A stretch of DNA of 46,089 nt. Source: a virus (taxonomy: Duplodnaviria > Caudoviricetes). Location of the stretch: IMG/VR virus record IMGVR_UViG_3300025398_000034, positions 1-46,089 of that record. The stretch is one strand, 5' to 3'. A program made the position numbers and the translations under genes. Below the pieces are notes generated by a model. That model ran no database searches. It was not told the origin of the DNA and worked only from the letters and a program-made list of their open reading frames with translations. Below, one piece after another: positions 17,153 through 25,525 of the stretch. Each line of letters opens with the position of its first letter. The stretch's first letter is position 1.

Positions 17153-18382
17153 TTACCAACTTCTAACAATAATTTGACCGTTTCCACCCTTGGCGCCTGC
17201 TCCACTGGCTCTTGAATTTCCAGTAAATCCTGCTCCCCCGCCACCACCACCACCACCGCCGGGTGTAGCTCCGCAACCACCTTTACCACCGGCATTTGTT
17301 GCACCGCCACCGCCGCCTCCAGAACCACCGCCGCCAGAACCAGTTTTAAACACAACGCCATTTTGTCCTACTCCTCCGGGTGCAGTTCCTCTTGTTGCTT
17401 GACAAGAAGCACAAGTTTGATACCCTTGACCACCTCCTAGACCTCCGGCTGTTGCCGCACCCGATGTGCAATTTGTTGTACCGCCACCACCGCCACCACT
17501 GGGGCCAAAAATAGAACTACCTGCATTGTAAGGGACAGCGCCATTAATTGGTGTACCACCAGCACCACCACCCCATTCTGCACTGCCTCCACCACAGACT
17601 GATGAACCGGCACCACCGCCCCCAACTGTATTAAAATTAGTTGTAGAACCAAAATAAGTGTTAGAAGGATAACCACCGTTTTTACCTGATGAAATTGCGG
17701 TTGGAGTGATACCAGCGCTACCAGAACCACCGCCACTACCACCCGGAGCTTGTGCGGCACCCACGACACCTTTGAATCCACCGCCACCACCATAAGATTT
17801 TGCATAAGCGGTTGCAAGTGTTGATCCAAAGTATGTATTACCTCCTACAACTCCAGAATTACCATTAGTTGTACAAGTTACCGATGCCCCACCGCATCCA
17901 CCTGCACCAATTGTTACGTTAACTGTTGAAGTTAAACAAGCCGCTGAAAATATTGATTGAACTCTTGCGCCTGCGCCTCCTCCACCACCTCCGGGCTTTC
18001 CGCAAATACTAGCATATGAAGCGCCACTACCACCACCACCACCTGCACCCCAAACACACACTTGAACATAAGTAATACCTGCGGGTTTAGTCCAAGTACC
18101 TGAAGAGGTGAATGTTTGTAAGTTTGCACTAGAAGCCGATACGCAAGCCCAAACAGGAGTTCCTGCGCCTGCTGATTTCAAATATTGACCAGAAGTACCT
18201 GCGGCTGTTACTCCATGTGCAGTACCTGTTCCATAAATAATTGCGCCCGCTGTTGGCGTTGCAGTAGAATTTGTACCGCCATTTGCAATTGGTAACGTAC
18301 CACTCACACCAGTTGTCAATGATGCTTGACCTGATGTATTTAGATTGTCGGCAAATGCGCCTAAATTACGAGGTTGTGTCAT
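17153..18382 (-). CDS. Glycine-rich tail fibre/adhesin, 409 aa
   Basis: LPIANGGT fibre module, FTSSGTWTKPAG..V.V.VWGAGGGGG start of the Gly-rich domain, terminal GGNGQIIVRSW. Confidence 0.75.
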   Translation of the reverse strand: MTQPRNLGAFADNLNTSGQASLTTGVSGTLPIANGGTNSTATPTAGAIIYGTGTAHGVTAAGTSGQYLKSAGAGTPVWACVSASSANLQTFTSSGTWTKPAGITYVQVCVWGAGGGGGSGASYASICGKPGGGGGGAGARVQSIFSAACLTSTVNVTIGAGGCGGASVTCTTNGNSGVVGGNTYFGSTLATAYAKSYGGGGGFKGVVGAAQAPGGSGGGSGSAGITPTAISSGKNGGYPSNTYFGSTTNFNTVGGGGAGSSVCGGGSAEWGGGAGGTPINGAVPYNAGSSIFGPSGGGGGGTTNCTSGAATAGGLGGGQGYQTCASCQATRGTAPGGVGQNGVVFKTGSGGGGSGGGGGGATNAGGKGGCGATPGGGGGGGGGAGFTGNSRASGAGAKGGNGQIIVRSW

Positions 18383-18391
18383 TGTCTTTCC

Positions 18392-18868
18392 TTACGTTAA
18401 AGCAACCCAAGTTGCTGTTGCAAAATCAAATTTATATTGTTTACCATCATCTGGATATGGTGGACGAACAACCCAAGAATTTGTTGTGCCTTGCCAGAAA
18501 TAATTACCATCTGTTGGTCTTGGCGTTGGAGGAACATAAGCACAGGTAGCCTCGTCAAATGTCCATGCAGAGAAATTATCACGATTTGGTAGGGCTGACC
18601 AAGCATCTTTTACTACTTGTTGTGCTTCAGCCTTTTCTGTATCCGTCATGTCACGCAAAGCCCAAACATCAGTCCACACACCATTGACTTTTTGATAAGT
18701 TGGATCTGGTGAAGCAAGCACTTGATAAACGGTAGGAACAGGTCGTTCTACACGAATGAAGGGCTCCCACTCTGATGGGATAGATCCAAAAGCCTGAAGC
18801 AAGTTGTCTTCAAACGCAGGGTGATCAATTGTGTTTCCGTTACCGTCTGTTTTAATATAAAGATTCAT
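18392..18868 (-). CDS. Tail-fibre-associated protein, 158 aa
   Basis: Trp/Pro-rich (WTFDEATC.Y.PP.PRP.DG..Y.W); follows a Gly-rich fibre gene. Confidence 0.6.
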   Translation of the reverse strand: MNLYIKTDGNGNTIDHPAFEDNLLQAFGSIPSEWEPFIRVERPVPTVYQVLASPDPTYQKVNGVWTDVWALRDMTDTEKAEAQQVVKDAWSALPNRDNFSAWTFDEATCAYVPPTPRPTDGNYFWQGTTNSWVVRPPYPDDGKQYKFDFATATWVALT

Positions 18869-18882
18869 TTTCTACTCCAAAA

Positions 18883-20313
18883 TTAAGGCGATCCAACGCA
18901 AGTTGATGGGAATTGTCGGGTAGTTCCCGGCCAGACGATACGTACAGCACCTGTTGCGCCACATCCTCCTGCGCCATTTGGAGCAATTGTGGCGTTACCG
19001 CCACCGCCGCCACCTCCGTAACTACCGCCATTGCCACCAATTTTTGTTGTTGCGGTTACACCTGCACCGCCACCACTTCCACCGCCACCGCCATGACTGC
19101 AACCGCCACCACCAGCGGCTCCAGCAGTGCCGTTAGACCCTTGACCAAATAGGCCAGTGCCGCCACCACCACCGCCACCAAATTTACAACCGCCATATCT
19201 ATCCATACCGCCGCCGCCGCCACCACCCGATCCTGCGGTGGGATATAAACCACCTGTGCCACCGGTACCAGAATATCCTCCTGCGCCTCCACCACCTCCC
19301 GGTGCCAAATACTGACATTCAGGTTCACTGCCTCCACCACTACCACCACCACAACCATGCGCTCTAACACCGCCACTAGCCGTGCCAGTGTAATTAACAA
19401 TTCCACCACCACCTGCACATAAAGTTGCAGTACCAATCCAGAAACTATTGCATCCAACAAGTCCTGTAGCCCCTGCACCTCCTCCTGCTCCTTTTGCGGC
19501 AACTTTTAAAGAATAACTGTTTCCGGGCGTTACAGAAAAATTGTTAATATAACCTAAAGCGCCACCACCGCCACCACCACCTCCATTGGGGCCTGCACAT
19601 TGGAAGCCGCCACCACCGCCACCGCCGCCGCCAATTGCAACTACAGAAACAGAAGTTACGCAAGCAGGAGCAACCCAAGAATAAGTGCCGGGTGTTGTGT
19701 AAGACTGTGAACTTGGAGCAATGGGCGTAGTAACACTATTACTATTGCCACTATAAGAACCATATCCAACAGAATTTTGTGCTCTAACTTGGAATGTGTA
19801 ACTTGTAGATGCTGTTAAACCTGATACTGTAATTGGGCTACTAGCTCCTGTAGCCGTAATGCTTCCGGGGCTTGATATAGCTTGATAGTTTGTAATAGTT
19901 GCGCCACCATTAGAAGCAGGGGCTGTAAATGCCACTGTTGCCGTAGTTGCGCCAGTTGCTGTTGCCGTTCCAATAGTGGGTGCGCCGGGAACAACAGCAG
20001 AAATAGTAGCAGTTGTGTTTGAGTTTGCATTTATACTGCTAATAGCATTAGTCGCTGTAACTGTAGCGTAAAGAGTATTTCCAACATCACCTGCAACTAA
20101 TGTATATGTACTTGATGTTGCACCGCCAATAGCAGTGCTTGGGCTTCTATACCATTGATATGTGTATGTTGGTGTCGGTACACCTGTCCATGTTCCTGTT
20201 GTAGTCGTTAAAGTTGACCCAAATGAAGTTGTTCCCGTAACAGCAGGAGCAACCGTATTTACGGGTGGTGAGCCATAACTACCACCAACAAAGGAATTAA
20301 GAATGCCACTCAT
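18883..20313 (-). CDS. Ig-like + fibronectin type III + glycine-rich adhesin, 476 aa
   Basis: TYTYQWYR Ig-like domain; PGAPTIG...NGGATITNY...GLTASTSYTFQVRAQN FN3 domain; poly-Gly C-terminal domain. Confidence 0.8.
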   Translation of the reverse strand: MSGILNSFVGGSYGSPPVNTVAPAVTGTTSFGSTLTTTTGTWTGVPTPTYTYQWYRSPSTAIGGATSSTYTLVAGDVGNTLYATVTATNAISSINANSNTTATISAVVPGAPTIGTATATGATTATVAFTAPASNGGATITNYQAISSPGSITATGASSPITVSGLTASTSYTFQVRAQNSVGYGSYSGNSNSVTTPIAPSSQSYTTPGTYSWVAPACVTSVSVVAIGGGGGGGGGFQCAGPNGGGGGGGGALGYINNFSVTPGNSYSLKVAAKGAGGGAGATGLVGCNSFWIGTATLCAGGGGIVNYTGTASGGVRAHGCGGGSGGGSEPECQYLAPGGGGGAGGYSGTGGTGGLYPTAGSGGGGGGGMDRYGGCKFGGGGGGGTGLFGQGSNGTAGAAGGGGCSHGGGGGSGGGAGVTATTKIGGNGGSYGGGGGGGNATIAPNGAGGCGATGAVRIVWPGTTRQFPSTCVGSP

Positions 20314-21344
20314 GTCACATTAGTCCCTGTTAATAGCCATTGAGTTGTAGCAATCTTGATACAGTTTGCTATGCCATATTGAGCCAAAGTCCTAGATCCA
20401 GTTCCACCACCTTGCGCCCAAGTTAATGTGTCTGAAGTAATAGAGATTGTCACTGCATTTGCTGACATATTAATGAACTGAATCACTGTGCCAATTGGAT
20501 ATGCAACTGAAGCATTGGCGGCAATAGTGAAAGTTCTTGCATTTGCATCGCTTGCAGGGTGGAATATTGCATATCCAGAGTCTGCCAAAACAGTCGTGTA
20601 GTTTGCGCTTTGGCTATTCTGGGGAATATTTTGGTAGCCCAGAGTGCCAGAAACAGGCAAAGTTACAGAAGTTGCCGCAGTAACGGTAACAGTCGTTGCA
20701 AATGCACCGCTGAATGTTAAGTTTCCACCTGTTGTGAATGTTCCACCAGTAGAAAGATTACCGCCTACTGTGATTGTATAGGAGCCATTATTAACACCTG
20801 TACCGCCATAAGTGCCACCTAAAGTTCCCCATGTGGGTGACCCTGTACCACCAGATAGAAGTGGCTGTCCAGATGTGCCTGCGGCAGTGAATAAAGTCGT
20901 ACTTGCGGCTGATTGGTAAGGCACGACACCTGCTGAACCACCAGAAATATTTGTGGCATTTCCTATAGCAGTTGTGTTATAGGCTATAAATTCAACAATA
21001 TCTCCCGCGCTCGTGCCTGTTGCAAGAACAACGGTCGTACCATTTGTTGCCGTGTAGTCAGCACCATTTAAAAATGAGCCGTTCAAGTATACTTCAACGT
21101 ATCCAACCGTGTAGGTCACAGTGAATGTAGTTTGACTGGCACTGGCAGTTATGCTTGTTCTGGTATAAGTTGAGCTTGCTCCACCACCACTGATACTTTT
21201 AATGGCTGAACCATTGTTGTAGTACAAAACACCATCAGCATAATTAAGTGCCAACTCGCCAGTAGTCAAATTAGACGTGGTAGGCTTATTTCCAGTGGTT
21301 CCACTGTTAAAAAGAATGATTGGGGTGTAACCTGATGCCGCCAT
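20310..21344 (-). CDS. Tail fibre-like protein, 344 aa
   Basis: P..SNL..GELALNYADG.LYY N-terminal fibre motif; VEVYLNG....DY domain; YQNIPQNSQSANYT C-terminal module. Confidence 0.7.
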   Translation of the reverse strand: MAASGYTPIILFNSGTTGNKPTTSNLTTGELALNYADGVLYYNNGSAIKSISGGGASSTYTRTSITASASQTTFTVTYTVGYVEVYLNGSFLNGADYTATNGTTVVLATGTSAGDIVEFIAYNTTAIGNATNISGGSAGVVPYQSAASTTLFTAAGTSGQPLLSGGTGSPTWGTLGGTYGGTGVNNGSYTITVGGNLSTGGTFTTGGNLTFSGAFATTVTVTAATSVTLPVSGTLGYQNIPQNSQSANYTTVLADSGYAIFHPASDANARTFTIAANASVAYPIGTVIQFINMSANAVTISITSDTLTWAQGGGTGSRTLAQYGIANCIKIATTQWLLTGTNVT

Positions 21345-21353
21345 GATTAATCC

Positions 21354-23576
21354 TTAGAAAGTTCCACCATTAATACCTGCTGTTAAGGTATTATTAGTGT
21401 AATTGTATGTCAATAATGTGTTTGTGGTAAGGGGTTGATTACCTGTTGCAGTCGCTGAAAATGTCAAATAATTGGTTGCGCCAGTACCTGCGGCCAAGGT
21501 CACATTGGTTGCCGTTCCTGCTGTAGCGGCATTCAAATTTGCAACTTGAGTTGTACTGGTAACAGTCAAAGGTGCTGTACCTGTAGCAACGGTCGAAACA
21601 AGCGTATTTCCAGTGACTGCTTGCGTTGATGTAATTGCCGAGCCTGTACTTAAAGTATTGGTAGACCAAAAAGTACTTGATGGAATTGATGCATGGGAAT
21701 CCCAAGAACCTGCGGCTGTTGAATTACTCAATAAACTTACAGTTACAAATGCACCAGCTTGAACAGTAACAATTGTGGTGCTTGAGTTATTCTTGACAAC
21801 AATAGTTCCACTACTTTGGTTGTTGTTAAATGTGAAATCTGCTCCATTTGGAAGCGTAGTTGCATCAGGCAATTGATAAGTTTGGCCACCAGAGCCAGTA
21901 ACAACATAATTTGGTACTGAAGATGCTGTAAGTACAGTGGTTGTACCTGCGGCGGCTACGCTTGAATAACCTTCAAAAATTGAATTTGTATTAATATTGC
22001 CATTAGCATCTTTGACAACAACACCGCTTACGGCATTGGTAGTATTGCCTAAAGCAGTAGCAACTCCAGTTCCTAAGCCACTAACACCAGTGCTAATTGG
22101 TAATCCAGTGGCATTAGTTAAAGTTGCAGACGATGGCGTACCGAGTGCAGGCGTCACCAAAGTAGGGCTTGTGGATAAAACTACGTTTCCAGAACCAGTG
22201 GTGGAATAAGAAGCTCCCCAAGATGTACCTGTAGAATTAGGTATTCCTGAACTAGGATAAATCATCCCACTAGGTGCAGATTGCCATGAGGCGGTACTGC
22301 CATTTGATGTCAGTAAGTACCCACTTGCTCCAATAGGCAATCTGGCGGGCAAATTAGACACATTCCCAATTATCAGGTCACCTTGAGTGGTAATAGGTGA
22401 AAGATTTGAAAATGCAGTGGATGCAGTTGTTGCGGCAGTTCCACCATTAGCGATGGGGACAACGCCAATAGCAATTGTTCCAGTGCTTGTAATTGTGCCG
22501 CCAGTTAAACCAGTTCCTGCTGTGATTGATGTAACAGCACTAACCCCTGCCACGGCTGTATTTACAAAGGCAGTCGTTGCAATTTGTGTAGAGTTTGTTC
22601 CGGCTGTAGCTGTAGGCGCAGAAGGAGTTCCCGTGAATGTTGGGCCTGCACTAAGAACAACACTTCCTGATCCAGTGCTTGTAGTTGTTCCAGTTCCACC
22701 ATTATTAACATTTAACGTACCGCCCAATGTTATAACGCCAGTTGTTGCAGATGCAGGCGTTAATCCTGTGGTTCCACCCGCAAAAGAAGCTACACCCGCA
22801 ACACTGCCTGAAATTTGATTCAGAACAAATGCTGTTGTGGCTACTTGTGTAGTATTGGTATTAAGGGCGGCTGTAGGCGCTGTAGGCGTTCCAGTAAGCG
22901 CAGGACTAACCGCCAATACCACCGCACCAGTTCCAGTTGTTGATGCATTAGAGGCTGATGTAGCGCGTCCATAGGCATCAAAAGTAACTGTAGGCAGGGT
23001 ATAAGAGCCTGCTGTTACTGCGGTCGTTGCAAGGCTGATTTGGGGGCTTGTAGACCCATTGGCAACCGATATTTGACCACTGACACCAGTTACTGACACG
23101 GTGCTGAGTGCTGTACCGCTAATGGCTAACAATCCTGTGCCAGTAGTTCCTACAAGGTTTTGTAGTACCGTGGACAATGAAATTGTGGGGTTTCCAGTCG
23201 TGCCATCTGGGTTTGTAATTGTTAAGCCAGTACCTGACGATGCAATTTGCACATTGGTCAGTGTTGATCCGCTTGTTTTAACTTGAATGCCATTGCCAGA
23301 ACTAATCAGGGATGACAAGGCACCTGTTACAGCAATTGTGTAGCTACCTTGTGCGCCACCATCTGTAAATGTTAGACCAGTTGATACTGCAATTTGGCGG
23401 CTATTGGCCAAACTAGTCTGTTGTCCAACAGTTAAAAACGGTTGGGTTTGTGTAGGCTGTACAGAAATCGCACCAGTTGTCGTCTGGACTGTGACACCAT
23501 TTTGCACAATCGGCACTGATTCCAAACCCGTGAGAGCACTGGCTAATGGTAATTGCGTTATGGTTACATTTGACAT
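21354..23576 (-). CDS. Long tail fibre protein, 740 aa
   Basis: ITQLP.A..LTG.E.VPIVQNG N-terminus; AGSYT...VT.DAYGR; two TGTP.APTA...TN.TQ.ATTAFV repeats. Confidence 0.8.
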   Translation of the reverse strand: MSNVTITQLPLASALTGLESVPIVQNGVTVQTTTGAISVQPTQTQPFLTVGQQTSLANSRQIAVSTGLTFTDGGAQGSYTIAVTGALSSLISSGNGIQVKTSGSTLTNVQIASSGTGLTITNPDGTTGNPTISLSTVLQNLVGTTGTGLLAISGTALSTVSVTGVSGQISVANGSTSPQISLATTAVTAGSYTLPTVTFDAYGRATSASNASTTGTGAVVLAVSPALTGTPTAPTAALNTNTTQVATTAFVLNQISGSVAGVASFAGGTTGLTPASATTGVITLGGTLNVNNGGTGTTTSTGSGSVVLSAGPTFTGTPSAPTATAGTNSTQIATTAFVNTAVAGVSAVTSITAGTGLTGGTITSTGTIAIGVVPIANGGTAATTASTAFSNLSPITTQGDLIIGNVSNLPARLPIGASGYLLTSNGSTASWQSAPSGMIYPSSGIPNSTGTSWGASYSTTGSGNVVLSTSPTLVTPALGTPSSATLTNATGLPISTGVSGLGTGVATALGNTTNAVSGVVVKDANGNINTNSIFEGYSSVAAAGTTTVLTASSVPNYVVTGSGGQTYQLPDATTLPNGADFTFNNNQSSGTIVVKNNSSTTIVTVQAGAFVTVSLLSNSTAAGSWDSHASIPSSTFWSTNTLSTGSAITSTQAVTGNTLVSTVATGTAPLTVTSTTQVANLNAATAGTATNVTLAAGTGATNYLTFSATATGNQPLTTNTLLTYNYTNNTLTAGINGGTF

Positions 23577-23578
23577 AA

Positions 23579-23917
23579 TTAGCTCAATGAAAGGTTGTCA
23601 AGGTTGCCATTTTGGGCAGGATTTGAAGTGGTTTGCTCAGGAGATATAACAGCATTTGAATACTCGCCAGTTTGCAAGTTATTATTTGTTGTTGCCACAT
23701 CTTGATCTGGTCTTGGAAAACGAATGTTGATACGTTCAGTCTTCCGAGCCGCAAGTCGATATGGGTCTTTCTCGTCAGCACAGCCTTCGTTGCATACACG
23801 CAAACCGGGAAAGTTTGGATCGTTTCTCATCACCGCATGAGGACGCTTCATCTTGCACCGATCACAAATCGCAATCGATATTGTAGACATTCCACGTGTA
23901 TCAAGGAATATAGGCAT
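23579..23917 (-). CDS. Hypothetical neck-region protein with CxxC...CxxxC, 112 aa
   Basis: AICDRC...VCNEGCAD...FPRPD; GAGG RBS; follows the adaptor gene. Confidence 0.7.
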   Translation of the reverse strand: MPIFLDTRGMSTISIAICDRCKMKRPHAVMRNDPNFPGLRVCNEGCADEKDPYRLAARKTERINIRFPRPDQDVATTNNNLQTGEYSNAVISPEQTTSNPAQNGNLDNLSLS

Positions 23918-23919
23918 AA

Positions 23920-24993
23920 TTACCTCGTATACACAGAGATATTAGGTGCAAAGTATTCTGGTGATTTGTCGCGTTCTTCTTGTTCGACATCATAAAGATG
24001 CTTATCTGCCATCTTTTCAAGATACATGATTCTTTGAATGTCAACTGCAGGAAACTCCAAGCTCATTTTGTGAGCTAGTAAGTTAATTACAGCCTCATAC
24101 CAACGATTCGGTATGGCCAATTGCCCCGAAAGGGCACCAACGTCTTGGATATAGGCTGAATACCATACAGTGACCTGCACAAATGAAGTAGAGGGGACTG
24201 GCCAAAGCGCCAAAGTGGGATTTGGTATTGTTCTTTCAAAATAATATTGAAAAGGTTGGTTGGCAGTAAAGTTTTTGTTAGGCAAATTGGTGTAATCGTC
24301 CCTATTTAGACGTGACATCTCAATTTCTGTGCTCATGTTTCCAAAATATAGCTCTCGCAACGCCAATGTAGTGCCATTAAATGCCAAAATACGGTAGTAA
24401 ATGACATTGGATCCGGGATCTATGTCTTGCCAAATCCATTGGCCATCAGTCACCGTGACTGCAGTAGCCGTATATAGCGTAGTCCAGTTTGTATTATCGC
24501 TCGAAGACTGTAAGTAATAGCTCCAAGTAGACGTTCCCCCCCCAGAAATGTAGGGCATGATGCCAATTGAGCCTATATACTGAGGATTACTTGTGCCGTA
24601 ATTGATTGCAAAGTTTCCATTTGCGCTTGTTTGTTGGCAATATGTACTGACATCTTGGTCATACAAGTTGGAAACAGTACCGCCTGCGCTAGAAGTATAG
24701 CTACCAGAAGGTTGCTTCATTTGCCGATATAAGACGTTTAGAGCGTCATTTGCACCCGCAGGCAGGGTGTACATATACTGGTTTGCATTACAGCCTATAA
24801 CGGTCTTAGAAATGGCAAAATACTGTATTCCACGGTTCATCATGTGCGACAAAAGGAAAAAAAGGTTTTCCCTAGCCGCTAACTGAAGCTCAGAACTTAT
24901 CTCTTCGGCCAATTTTCCGCACCTACGCGCCGCATGATCAATTACGGTTTGTACGGTAACTACGGTTTGACCTACTGTTCCTGAGTATGCCAT
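23920..24993 (-). CDS. Head-tail adaptor (P22 gp4-like) with an inserted discoidin/F5-8-like domain, 357 aa
   Basis: Helical N- and C-termini (IPNRWYEAVINLLAHKMS), LWPVP; insert LQSSSDNTNWTTL...YYRI...LRELYF. Confidence 0.6.
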   Translation of the reverse strand: MAYSGTVGQTVVTVQTVIDHAARRCGKLAEEISSELQLAARENLFFLLSHMMNRGIQYFAISKTVIGCNANQYMYTLPAGANDALNVLYRQMKQPSGSYTSSAGGTVSNLYDQDVSTYCQQTSANGNFAINYGTSNPQYIGSIGIMPYISGGGTSTWSYYLQSSSDNTNWTTLYTATAVTVTDGQWIWQDIDPGSNVIYYRILAFNGTTLALRELYFGNMSTEIEMSRLNRDDYTNLPNKNFTANQPFQYYFERTIPNPTLALWPVPSTSFVQVTVWYSAYIQDVGALSGQLAIPNRWYEAVINLLAHKMSLEFPAVDIQRIMYLEKMADKHLYDVEQEERDKSPEYFAPNISVYTR

Positions 24994-25002
24994 TTAATTT
25001 CC

Positions 25003-25524
25003 TTACCAACCGGGACAGTTCCAACGCTTTAGTGATGCCTTAGCTCTTGGCGCATCTCCACTTGCGTGTTTTACTACCCCAGACATTCTTGCACAAAATG
25101 AATCCTTGCGTGAACCACCTTGGGGCTGTGGAGCCTTTAAATGGCTTCCTGTCTCACGGTTGTACTTAGCCCTGCCTTTAGCTGTGAGTCCCGCGCCTTT
25201 GTCTGTCGATAGTTTTTCACCTCGTCCGACAGCCAATGACACGCCACCACCATCTTTGTGCTTTGCAGTTTTAGCTGATTCTTTGAAAGCTTCAGCAGTT
25301 GGGGCACCCTTTGAACCAACTTTTCGCATTTTTTCATGAGATCCATGGGCAATCCTCTCTTGTTTTGCATGAATATTGGCATACAAGCCGCCTTTGGCCA
25401 TTTTCTTCCCCTCATCAGCTTTGACAAATTCTTTGCCGACCTTCTGAGGAACACCACCAAACCCACCTTTTGTGTGGGCGGCGGCTTCCATCAGCCTGTG
25501 TTGAGCAGGTGATTTACTTGGCAT
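25003..25524 (-). CDS. Basic multi-module protein, 173 aa (C-terminal module DUF6321-like)
   Basis: ATG 25524 just after the upstream stop; GLTAKGRAKYNRETGS.LKAP...RKDSFCARM...SLKRWNC. Confidence 0.7.
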   Translation of the reverse strand: MPSKSPAQHRLMEAAAHTKGGFGGVPQKVGKEFVKADEGKKMAKGGLYANIHAKQERIAHGSHEKMRKVGSKGAPTAEAFKESAKTAKHKDGGGVSLAVGRGEKLSTDKGAGLTAKGRAKYNRETGSHLKAPQPQGGSRKDSFCARMSGVVKHASGDAPRAKASLKRWNCPGW

Positions 25525-25525
25525 A

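Noticed and set aside
17220-19640. ccaccaccg/ccgccacca runs as a DNA repeat array, CRISPR or collagen
   Set aside because: They are Gly codon runs with varied third positions; no fixed repeat-spacer period and no Gly-X-Y register
16866-23576. Diversity-generating retroelement or invertible fibre cassette
   Set aside because: No reverse transcriptase or invertase in the window, no near-identical template/variable repeat pair noticed, and all fibre genes share one orientation
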